The notes under the pieces: generated by a model
What the model was told of the DNA's origin: nothing
The model's input: the letters and a program-made list of their open reading frames with translations, nothing else
Database searches by the model: none
Made by a program: the position numbers and the translations under genes
Assembly (NCBI RefSeq): GCF_006345805.1
Contig: NW_021824986.1
Span: 1 to 17,007, forward strand
DNA: 17,007 nucleotides
Source of the DNA: Octopus sinensis
Lineage: Eukaryota
Direction of reading: 5' to 3'
Part shown: positions 6,957-17,007 of the stretch, in pieces
Position numbering within the stretch: position 1 is the first letter of the stretch
Layout of the letters: each line of letters begins with the position of its first letter

Positions 6957-9900
6957 CTATTTATCAGGCAGTTCAAATGGCTCAGGTGGCTGTGGCTCAC
7001 CGTCTTCCTCAGTAGTCGAAATCTTGGTCGCGGGGACTACACAATCAATCCAATCAAAATACTCGGCATAAACTCAACATAACACTCATCTCCATCAGGA
7101 TCAGTGTCCTTGGCAATAAATATATATCCTCCAGCAGTCACATTCTTCACGAGGTTATATCGAGTATCACTCGCAGATATATACTCTCTCTGCCAATACA
7201 CTCCCCAACTCACCTGCTGTGGTAAAACTCGTGCTGGGTTCTTTAAAAGACTAAACCCCTCACTAGACTCGTCCATCTTTGTTTCCTCCTCAACTGTAGT
7301 ACCCACTTCGGTCTCTGACATTACATTAAAGAGAAACCACCTTTCTGGACTTGATCCACATTCTCCTTTGACAGCCCCTTCGCCTGTTTGTTAGAATAAC
7401 ACATTACTTGGAGTCTCTCAATCTTACGACGTTGGAAACGAGAACCCACTGACCTGGAAGCACTAGACTTGCCTCGAGTCTTCTTTTCCACTACGAGAGG
7501 AATGTAGGCAAATTTGGAAGGTGGTATGTTGGACAGAATATTGACTGCCGGCATCTACCAATATATCCCTCTCTAATGAACCTTCAAGTCCTCGTTGAGT
7601 ATGACTACTCCTGTTGGGGAGAAGGCCAATGACAGAGTGAGAGAGAGTGGAAACCAGTACCAGAACTGCTGGAACACCAACAACCCCACAATAGCCTTCA
7701 TATTCTCAAGTCCACTTTCATTTTCTAGTGCAATTGTGACATTCCCACTCCCTGTGACTCTTTATTCACAATTATAACCCGCATAGGCTATTCCTAGCCC
7801 AATTATTGCTCCAAACTTATTAACCACTCCTTCATGCTTGTCTGATATAATCTGAGTAACCATTTTTGTATATTTTTTCTATATTTATACATATAAACAG
7901 TACATGTGGAGAACTTTCCCCAGTTTCTTCAATTAATACCATTCCCCCCGCAATGAAGGCAGCCTGTCTTACATAACTGGCCTTATCATGCCACAACGAC
8001 TCCAATATTTTACATACAAACTAAAAATAAACATATTAGTAGACAAACCTGGTCGCCCGTGCCAGCATAGGCAATTCCCAAGGCCATAGCTGATCCATAC
8101 CGAACATGAGGATTATAACTATCCACCAATGACTTAACTATGCTCAAACAGACTTTAGGAACTCTACATTGAATCAACACATATACCTATAAAGGACAAA
8201 TCCGAGGGATATTGCTGCTGCTCGTCTCACATCATCACTCACATCAGTGACAATCATTTTGAGTAGTTTGCGGACTGCTGTGTCATCCCCAGTGCCACAA
8301 TAGGCCATTGCCAGTGCATAAATCCCCATCCATCGATGAATAGGGTCTTGGTGGGCAACCAATACTTTAATGTGCTCATCTGCCTCACTCCCTCTTCCAT
8401 ATAATATCAGTGCCACTCCAACAGCAATCCCTCGTAGTGTCTTTTCGTGCTTATTTACTGCTGCAATCTAAAAAAGTGAGACTATTACAATACAGAGAGC
8501 AGTGTGGTTATTATATACTCATTCTGAGTCCCAACTAGTATCATTCCTACTGAAATAGCAGCTGCTTCCCCCACGACTGAATCAGAGTGGATTGGTCCAA
8601 GCAGTGACTCCACAACTTCCTCATTCCCACTACCCAATCCAGCCAAACCAATAGCCAATGCTGCTCCATGTCGCACAGTCTATTTATATCAACACATTCT
8701 CACAGTTGACTGATTTTCATTAGAATATTTACACAGATAATCCATAATATCACCACCCCGTGCACAATATATGAATCCTGTCAATCATTGTTATAAACTA
8801 CCCAACCCAGTGAGTAAAGTCCTCCCCCAATCGCATACTGAGAGGTACTGACACTATCCTTGGGCAAATAGGCGTCAAGGACAGTCATTGCATTGCCTTC
8901 ATTGCTCTAAATGATGTCAACCCTCCTAATAAACCTTATGAATAACCCCAAGAGAACCAATAGCAATAAAACGAGACCAATTACTAAATCGAGACACCCA
9001 ATCACTCAAATGTCTAATAATCAGTACATAATAACCCCACCTGAACATATAATCACATGTCGAGCCATAATTAATAAATGAATTTGCTATTATAATGGCA
9101 GTGTTACACACCGAGTCAATTGAACGGACCTATGCTATACAAAATAATATACCTGTGCGAATTGAAGTAGTGTTTGTGATTCATCACGACTGTTGTGTGC
9201 AAGAAACTGCAACTGAAACTTGGCTGGGAGAGAACCATCAAGTATTTTACATATTCTATCAATTGGGCTATTTTCTACCAATTCTTGCACTAATTTGAAC
9301 TCAATACCATCAACAGTGTTCTTCAACTTGTCAACCACAGCAGCAGAGGTCTTGTAGGTTACACAATCGTAGAGATCAAAGGCCAACTGATAAGCCAAGG
9401 CAATATTATTCTATTAATTTACTCACAAAGTCACAAACATGTTCAGAAGTCAAAGAAGCCAACAGATTAGCAAGAAATTCAATATCGTTCAATTTAACTG
9501 CACACTTGAATTAATTTGAATAAAAATTCAAAACTTTAAACACCAGAAAATAATTCTTTCTAGAAGATGCTAGAAGGATCTCAATGAATATTCTCAACGA
9601 GCGTTTAAAAAACTCTGCATCATCACATGTAGTTAATAAAATATGATAAACATAATCAAATGGCATTTCCTACATTACAAAATAATTAAAAAATAAATAC
9701 TACACTGTCATCGTAGTATTTAATAGCCATTTCCAGCATAGACAGATCCCGACACTCCACAGAAATGCCCAAAGCCTTCAAATATATTAAAAAATAAACA
9801 ACCTGATGCAATTTACAGTCAACAAGACACCGTTCAAACATAATATCAACCACCAACTTTAATTTAGACATTATTGGTGCAGTAGAGGCATCATTTCCAT

Positions 9901-10415
9901 CTTTTTTGAGGGCAGAATACATGTCAATACATTTTCCTAAGGAAGGGATATTCAGTTCTGGCCTACCTGCTATGGTCTCGGAGTACAAAGAACATTCCCC
10001 CACATTAAACAAGTCCCCAGCCATGAAAGCATAGGAGACGGCATCATCAAAGGACTGGAGATGGTAGTGAATCTAAAGATCAAAGCAAATTGGTTACTTT
10101 TGAGCATATTAAAGCTGACAATTGTCGGTATGGAAAGTCTTGTAGGTCAGCTAGTTTTTCACTTTTATTAACTTTATTTAAAGATACATTTCTGTGATAG
10201 ATACTGCCATTTCGTACCAGAATGTGCTAGAAAGTGAGTCTAATTTTTGTAGGGCGATTTTCTGTGGATTATTAAGTGTTAACTAAGGTTGAATTGATAC
10301 CTTCAGTTCGTAGTCATCTTCTTCTAATAATGATAATATTCCTTCTATAAAAGAATTAGTAAATGATAATTATTTAAATATTAAATATCTAATCACAACC
10401 AGAAGTGGATAACAT
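6957..10415 (-). CDS. PSMD1: 26S proteasome regulatory subunit RPN2 (PSMD1), about 925 aa, 25 exons
   Basis: Manual splicing of 24 GT-AG introns (55,39,26,25,30,27,34,30,28,23,27,28,29,24,26,23,28,25,27,27,24,26,24,26 nt) gives a 2778-nt frame. It runs from [16 protein letters not shown] through the PC repeats ([23 protein letters not shown]) and FWYWFPL, NPARVLP to [13 protein letters not shown]. Confidence 0.95.
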
Positions 10416-10714
10416 AATGTGATCCGGTCTACAATAAATTTAAAAATATAATTTAATTTATATTAAATAATATTATAATAATTATATGAACTAATAAAAC
10501 TTATATTTCGATTTTTGACTTTATTTCTTCTTTTCAACAATCTGTTCAATCAGGTTTACCACAAAATATTCCTTAAATTCAAAAAGTAAAATAAATTATA
10601 TTAGTTTAATAAATTGATATTAATATGATTTGTTAATTTTAATAATAATTCAATTAATAGAATAACGTGTAGTTCTGGTTGGTTGTTTGGTTTAAATAGT
10701 TAGATTTCAAATTC
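10416..10714. promoter_or_regulatory. Putative bidirectional promoter shared by RPN2 and RPL17
   Basis: 299-bp, extremely AT-rich spacer between two divergent ATGs (10415 minus, 10715 plus). No specific motif was recognised. Confidence 0.6.
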
Positions 10715-11330
10715 ATGGCTGATTTTTGTGTAAAGCCTTTAAATCCATTAAAAAGTAATTTTTATAGACATTTAAATTTTAGGTGCCAAAGCTCGTTCGA
10801 ATTACTGCCGAGTTCATTTCAAAGTACCTTTTTTTCCTCATCCCAGAATACCTACGAAGTAGCCAGATCTCTCAAACGAATGGACCTCAAAAGAGCAGAG
10901 TCCTTCCTCAATAATGTCATTGAACATAAGGAAATTGTCCCCTTCTATCGATACAAGTACGGGGTTGGAAGAAAGGCCCAAGTAATGGAAATGTGACTAA
11001 GCAAACAGTGCAAAGGAAAGGGGACATCTCAGGGACGGTGGCCTGAAAAGAGTGTCAAATTTATCCAAAATGTGTTGGAAAATGCCAAACAAAATGCAAA
11101 TTCGAATGTTTTTATGTTTATAAGAGTAGATTAGTCCCTCGATATGAATCGGCTGTACATTGAACATATCGCAATCAATAAGGCACCAAAGAATAGGCGA
11201 AGAGTGTATAGGGCACATGGGAGAATTAATCGTATCTTTATTATTACTTAATTTAGCCTTCAATTCTCATCCTTGCCATATTCAAATTATTCTCTCAGAG
11301 AGGCCTATTAATGTCCCCGATAAACTTTAA
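10715..11330 (+). CDS. RPL17: 60S ribosomal protein L17 (uL22), 161 aa, 6 exons
   Basis: Introns 10755-10782 (28 nt), 10824-10846 (23), 10982-11008 (27), 11108-11134 (27) and 11232-11256 (25) give a 486-nt frame containing [22 protein letters not shown] and [21 protein letters not shown]. Confidence 0.97.
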
Positions 11331-13762
11331 ATTCTTTAGTTCTTTGTCGTTATTTTTATCCTGTTCCTAATTTTTTGTCTTATTTAAATTTGTGTGGATT
11401 CTAAAATATGCATTTTTTATTAGATTTTAAATTTGGGAGGTTCTGGCTTGTTTAAGTAACTTAACTTTCACCACATCAGGGGAAAAGATACTGATTAAAA
11501 ACCAAAGGAAGAATCCTTTAGTGAATAACTTATTTCCAGTTTATTTTATACATCCATTCGGGATGGCTTTCTGAAATTACGAATCAGAATCATGAACAAA
11601 TATATCTATGTTATTTTTATTACAAATAGTACAACTGCTGAAGTTATTATTTGCTTTGTGGGCATTTATGTGTTGACTTCTATGCTTGACTTATATAAAT
11701 AAAAGTATTTATTGGCTTTGGAAATTAAACTGTGAATCTGTTCTGCAGAAAGAAATATATAGAATTAATAAACACAGTCTATATAAATTGACAGTCAAAC
11801 ATATTTTCCTAAAACTGGTAAAGGCAACCAGACCAAACGTGGCTAAATCAAGATTACATAAAAACGTACAGTGTCCGACAAAATAAATTGGATTTGCTTT
11901 GATTTGACTTTATTCTTAAATACTAACTGTAGATTATAATGTTGATTGACTGCTACTTCGAGATAAATAATAATTGCATTGTATTGACAATTCATGTATA
12001 TTCCAGACTAACGAAATGTAGTTGCTTTATTTTCGATTGTTTCAAAAATATAAAAACTTACTTTCAACAATAAATCTCTCAAAAACAATTCCATAACTCA
12101 GAGAACACCCACAAAGTGAAGCCAAATAAAACAAGTCTCATTTAGTTTTTGCTACTTAATCGGCGAAATGAAATCAAAAATCGTAACGATAAAAATATTA
12201 TCCAAAGAGAAAATTTTATGTTGTAAATTCAGAAAATTTTATGTTGTAAATTCTAAGGACAACCTGTAAATCGAAAAAAGCCCAGTTTGCCAATATTAAG
12301 AGAACACATTTTTGTGGAAATATATAGTTAATAAAATTTTTTTAATATTATTGATTATTGAGAAAACAAATAAAGTTACGAATAGGCATGTTAATAAAAT
12401 TTATTTTAATACTCGTTTTTAAAATTTATTAGACTGATCAATTAAAGTGTTCAATTTAGGAATTGTATACTTTACTATAAAATGTGATTTTTTTTAGCAT
12501 ATTTAATTTTTTTTTCAATTTAGAATAATACGTACAAAATGTCAATTTCAGAAAAATGTTAAATGTGATTTAAGAACTCGACTCTCTTTCCATCTGTTAT
12601 AAACTTTCAACCAGCACTGTGGTCTATCTATTTAATATATTCTAAATCTATAATGCATTATTGGGAAATTTCAAACTGCGCTGATCTGGATGTGATTAAA
12701 CTTTCAGTGGGCAGCTTAAGAGATCTAAAAACAGGCATAAAAGTATAACGCTATATTATTTTTATTCCAGCAGATAACAAACTGCATCTATTTAATGAGT
12801 TGTCATGTACATGTTCTTCTAAATCAGGGGTCGGTAGGATTTTTGTCTTCGCGCGCCAAAATTTTATTTTTGTATGCCAAACGAGAAAAAATCCTTATCG
12901 GTCGCAAAAATAACGATATATAAGAATCCTCTTGGCTGAGACAGAGAATCTCATTTCGTTTGCAATCGTGAACGGTAACGCACAAATTATCTGTTTTGCT
13001 TAAAACGAACCTTTCCAGGGCAACGTTTGCAGATTTATTAGTTAGAAATGATTACATAGAAGTGAATTTATTTTAGTCATTATCTGACTAGTTGCTAAAT
13101 GTAATATATTTTTAAGATTTGAATTGGTCATCCTCGTTCTTAGACAATTTTTACATTATTCATTTGGAGAATAACTGATGACATAAAAATGTGATTCCAA
13201 ATATACAAGCCATTTTCTTTGCATTGTCGATTTTTGACACATACAAAATTTTCGTAGAAGCTCAAAATATCTAATTTGATTTAAGTATAGTGTCGCATTA
13301 AATTTCAAGTAATTCCATTTAATAAAAACCTGGTACTGTCTCAATTTAAACATCAAATGGAATTGAAAAAATGTTGAAAAGATTTTGAAAAACCTACAAA
13401 ATTATATGTCACCGGTTTTTGCTGGGACCCGGCATCTCCTTGGACCGCCCTAAAAATCGACTAAATCGCTTTATTTATATCTAAAATTATTAAATAGTTA
13501 AAGTTTAACCCTAAAATGCTGATAGATTCCAATTTACTGAAATTTCTTTCTTGTACAAAACCAGCATACTCCAACATTCGTTATTAACGCCGTTGAACTT
13601 TAAATATTTAATTGATATCTGGATTACCAGTCGAAAAAAATGAAAACTATTTATATTTTTTTTAAATAAAAATTAAATAAAAAAACACAAAAAGTATTAT
13701 TCCGTGATAAAAATACATTTTTATTTTTGTCGCGTGATAAAATCTCAACTTTATCCCAAAAG

Positions 13763-13991
13763 CTAACCTAACTTCGACCTTATCGCTAACCCTATCCCTC
13801 ACCTTATCCCTATCCCTAACCCCAACTTTATCCCTAACCTTATCCCTAACCCTAATCCCAACCTTATCCCTAACCCTAATCCCAACCTTATCCCTAACCT
13901 TATCCCTAACCTTATCATTATCCCTAACCCCAACCTTATCCCTAACTCTAACCTTATCCCTATCCCTAACCCCAACCTATCCTTAACCCTT
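13763..13991 (-). repeat. Telomere-like array: TTAGGG variants, mainly the 12-mer AGGGATAAGGTT interspersed with GGGTTA
   Basis: The plus strand is a run of CCCTAA/CCCTAT/CCTTAT hexamers. Confidence 0.92.
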
Positions 13992-14099
13992 ATTTTAGCA
14001 CAAGCCTTATTTTTTATAACAAAAACATTAATCAATTTTATAAAGTCTCGCAATATTTGTTCCTTTTACGACAATTCAAATCAAAATCAATTCATATTT

Positions 14100-14349
14100 C
14101 TCTGGCAATAACTTTATATTTTTTCGTATCAATTTGATCATATACTGGATATCATTTTTTCTCCTGCTTTCGTTAGAGTCTCGTATGTTGATAACAAATT
14201 TTTTGCAATATTTTTATCATCAGTTACTTCATTTTCAACAAATTGAATTTCAGCATCAGCATCTTCTCCAGAATTTGAATCATTCACTTCCGCATATCGG
14301 CTTGCAATATTTCAGAACGACTAACACCATAGATCCTTGTCTTCAGATG
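14100..14349 (-). pseudogene. 3' piece of the element A2 integrase gene (end of the HH region fused to an acidic C-terminal segment; DDE core absent)
   Basis: After removing element B and one ACTAA copy, the frame continues NHFERDRMIS|HLKTRIYGVSRSEILQ. It then shifts into RYAEVNDSNSGEDADAEIQFVENE...TLTKAGEKMI with no DxD/E core. Confidence 0.6.
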
Positions 14350-14354
14350 ACTAA

Positions 14355-15948
14355 TGTCACGCGCCATAAATGAAACGCGTGCCTAAAGTGAAACGCTGTG
14401 ACCTTGAATTTAACCTTCAATTAAGCTCTTGACAATTATCAAGTCAATATTAAAGATATTAAAGATGATTGCGCACTTTGAGATAATATTATCGAAATGA
14501 GATTTGCCAACATTGTAAAGGATGATCAGGAGTATAAGAATATTCTTGATTTTTAAAAATAATACAATACCAGAAGATTTTTCAAGACTAAAAAGATTTC
14601 GTTTTCTCAAAAAAAGTAGAATTTCGTAATCTGGAGGTACTATTAAATCTAATGATAGGTGTGCTATATTATAAACAATCTGATGAAACAAAATATTGGT
14701 AATTGCCTCAAATGATTTCGAATCCATGAAACTGCATTGTGAAAGGATTCATTCAATTTATCACTATGGATTTAATAAATGGGAGTATTGCAAAATAATT
14801 TTTGCATAATCAATCGAAACATAATTAGGGATGTAATATCATCATGCCACAAATGTCAGCGAAGTCAGCCCTTAAAGACAAAATATCCACTAGTCAACAT
14901 AGTAGCCAAAGAACCTCGAGAACGGTTCATTCAATAGCTTATTTTTTAGCTATCAGTTGATTTAGTCGATCTTTCGTTTTATGCAGATATAAATGATTCC
15001 TATAAATATCTTATGAATGTCATAGATATTTATTCAAATTTTGCTTTGCTAAAAAATAGAAATATAAAGAAGCAGTTACAGTTTCGGAATCATTGAAAAC
15101 TATATTTCTTTCCTATGGTCCACCAAAAATTCTGCAGTCTGACAACGGAACAGAATTTGTTAATTCAGAAATAACGTCATTATGTGAAGAATTTAAAATA
15201 ATTCATAAAAGGGGACGTCCAAGACATCCAGAATCACAGGGACAAGTGGAGCGTTGCAATCAAACCATTTGCAGATGGATTCAAAAAGAACTCACAGACA
15301 AACAGAAAAAATGGGTGGATGTGTTAGAAAAAATTGTATATCAGTACAATATTTCAATTCATTCTTCTATAAATATGTCACCATTTATGGCTTTTTTCCG
15401 AATAGAGGATATAACATTTCTTATTATATGATGATGAATTAATTGAAGAACATGAAAATCAACTATCATAAATGACAAATATCTTGAAAGAATGGAACGA
15501 AATTTTTCAAAAACATTGAAAGAAATTGCAATTGGAAATAATGTTTTGCTGAAAAAAGATTTTGATACAAATCAAAGGACGAAGAAGCGAAAATTAGAAT
15601 CTTTTTATCATCAACAAATCTTTACTGTTGAGATTTAATTTCAAATAATAGAGTTAAAATAAAAGATCAAGATGGAAATGAAAAAATAGTATTTAAATCA
15701 CAAGTTAAAAAATTTAGACAGGTAAATTTTCAGGTTAAAATATTTTTAATTTTTTGGTAATTTTAAAATGGCTAACCATTATTTAAATAAATTGTTAATC
15801 TTTCAAACGATAATAATAAAATTGGTTTCTCGGTTTTATTCCTGTTTTCATCAAAGGATTGTTAATTTTATTTTCGAGGTTTTTTGTGGTTTTCTCAAGG
15901 TTCACAGCGTTTCACTTTAGGCACGCGTTTCATCCATTGCGCGCGACA
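14355..15948 (+). mobile_element. Second Ginger/TDD-like family (element B), near full length, nested in A2
   Basis: 53/54-bp TIRs at 14355-14407 and 15895-15948, TGT...ACA ends, 5-bp TSD ACTAA at 14350-14354 and 15949-15953. Confidence 0.92.
14497..15760 (+). pseudogene. Gypsy-like (rve, KRBA2/SCAND3-type) integrase/transposase with HHCC and DDE core, frameshifted
   Basis: RIH..YHYG...CHKC, (R)YQVDLVDL, KILQSDNGTEF, GRPRHPESQGQVERCNQT, YN...H.S..MSPF. There are several frameshifts and two putative micro-introns (14637-14658, 22 nt; 14925-14949, 25 nt). Confidence 0.88.
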
Positions 15949-15953
15949 ACTAA

Positions 15954-16241
15954 TCATTCGATCTCTTTCAAAATGATTAGAATTATGCTCGGACTATTTT
16001 TAGAAAATACAACCAATACTTCAATCATTAGTAATTTTAGTTCTGCATCTTCAATACAAAAAAATCGTAGTTTTAGGCCATTTCTTCGTATATAAGCTTT
16101 TCCATCAGCAAAATAAAAGGTTTCTGCATGTTGTTTGACTTTATATCTCTCCTTCTTATCCAAAACTTCATCCAAATTCTGGAATTCTTTGTATTTTTTG
16201 ATTTTTGACAAGGTATCTCTAGTCAAAACCAGTAGACCCAT
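15954..16241 (-). pseudogene. 5' piece of the element A2 integrase gene
   Basis: MGLLVLTRDTL...LDKKERYKVKQHAETFYFADGKAY...LRFFCIEDAELKLLMIE | 26-nt intron 16019-15994 | SEHNSNHFERDRM. It aligns along its length with 460-848. Confidence 0.82.
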
Positions 16242-16537
16242 TTTTCACGTGGCAATTTAATTTTATAAAAGTAATATTCTTTTTTAAAAATAATTAATAA
16301 ATATGTGTTTATGACTGTTAATAAACTATTTTCAATATTTTTTATTTGAAAATACGCTTGCGGTCCCAGCAGATGCCGGGTCCCAGCAAAAACCGGTGAC
16401 ATTATATATAAGCATTTTACTCTTAAATCTATAAAACGTGATGAAAATTTCGATCTCAATTCCATAACTATGTTTGCATATTCCGGAACATCAGTCGGAT
16501 TCGTAGAAAGAAAAATTACACAACTTCAATTTAAAAA

Positions 16538-17007
16538 TTTTTTTTTTTTTTTTTTTAAAAAATTAAACTACTAAGTAAAGTCAACAAACTAATAAATTCT
16601 CCCAGCGAGACGGAGGGAACAGCTGTTGCCACGCATGACAGCCAGCAGGATCCTCTGAATGAGGAAAGTAAATTCCCTAGGGTCCTTGGACCGCGAAGAA
16701 CAAAGATGTCCCAATTTCTTTAGGGAAGTGAGGGTCCCGGAGCCAAAGACGCCGGAAGTCTCGACAACGATTGGCCAAAACCAAAAGTCATCCAACAAAG
16801 ACTGATATTTCCGGCACTTCGAAAGCTCAGCCTTATTAGCACGAGACCCAGCAAGAGAGGCCGATTCGTTGATGAAAGACTTTGAGAAGGTATCCACGCA
16901 AGTGGAATCCCAGACCAAAGGTCTCCCAGAATAAAACGAGAACAACGTAGAGCCGTCCGGCCTTTTCCCGTCACCACGGTCGAGACCCTTAGGCTCAAGG
17001 ACAGAAG
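16538..17007 (-). mobile_element. 3' end of a CRE/SLACS-like non-LTR retrotransposon (REL endonuclease, short 3' UTR, poly(A) tail)
   Basis: Open frame from the window edge: EPKGLDRGDGKRPDGSTL...LVWDSTCVDT...KCRKY...PIVVETSGVFG...QRILLAVMRGN, stop at 16589. A 19-nt T run at 16538-16556 is the poly(A) tail. The region is noticeably GC-richer than its flanks. Confidence 0.85.

Larger units (their letters stand above)
13407..16401 (-). mobile_element. Ginger/TDD-like TIR transposon (element A2), core-deleted, with a telomere-like array and hosting element B
   Basis: 42-bp TIRs at 13407-13448 and 16360-16401 (40/42 match), TGT...ACA ends, 5-bp TSD TTATA at 13402-13406 and 16402-16406. Confidence 0.93.
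12825..16537 (-). mobile_element. Second hAT transposon (SPIN/GTF2IRD2-like, Buster group), decayed, split by element A2 and truncated by a LINE at ~16538
   Basis: Terminus CAGGGGTCGGTAGG at 12825 with flank TTCTAAAT (nnnTAnnn). Minus 16421-16490 reads EYANIVMELRSKFSSRFIDLR. Minus 13030-13393 reads VFQNLFNIFSIPFDV..PGFY*MELLEI*CD...AKKMACIFGITFLCHQLFS...RTRMTNSNL..IL.LAT. Confidence 0.82.

Noticed and set aside
7104-7777. Plus-strand ORFs 7104-7394 and 7595-7777 (likewise 9095-9298, 10997-11263, 14134-14373, 14410-14727, 15859-16095, 16720-16998)
   Set aside because: They are antisense or off-frame shadows of RPN2, RPL17 or TE coding sequence, with no recognisable motifs.
11867-11892. TA-CAGTGTCCGACAAAATAAATTGG resembling a Tc1/mariner TIR
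   Set aside because: No inverted partner or transposase sequence was found in the window.
13030-13393. TAA at positions where Gln is expected (Y*MEL, EI*CD), suggesting a ciliate-type genetic code
   Set aside because: The intact host genes have no internal TAA/TAG and end at the expected C-termini with TAA (RPL17, sulfotransferase) or TAG (RPN2). These are CAA>TAA decay mutations in a dead element.
13799-14053. ORF (LGLGIRLG)n
   Set aside because: It is a translation of the telomere-like array.
14497-15760. TE frameshifts as sequencing homopolymer errors
   Set aside because: About 4 kb of adjacent host coding sequence shows no frameshifts, so the lesions are probably real decay. Raw reads were not available to confirm.

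Overview
AT-rich eukaryotic DNA from an intron-dense, micro-intron genome. TTAGGG-type repeats, animal-like genes and 23-34 nt GT-AG introns point to a compact parasitic metazoan such as a myxozoan (inference). There are three host genes: an intronless carbohydrate sulfotransferase (4691-5542, -), 26S proteasome subunit RPN2/PSMD1 (6957-10415, -, 24 introns by manual splicing) and RPL17 (10715-11330, +, 5 introns), the last two head-to-head 299 bp apart. Both flanks are nested transposon stacks. The most striking structure is a family of TGT...ACA terminal-inverted-repeat (TIR) elements with 5-bp target-site duplications (TSDs) and Gypsy-like (Ginger/TDD-type) integrase sequence. Two related members (302-1907 and 13407-16401) have lost the catalytic core and carry telomere-like TTAGGG-derived arrays in the same position and orientation. 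Each sits inside a reconstructable 27-33 nt intron of a Buster-class hAT transposase. A third TGT...ACA element (14355-15948) is nested in the second. Remnants of pogo/Tigger, R4/Dong-like, Jockey/I-like and CRE-like elements are also present. All family assignments come from remembered motifs, not from searches.
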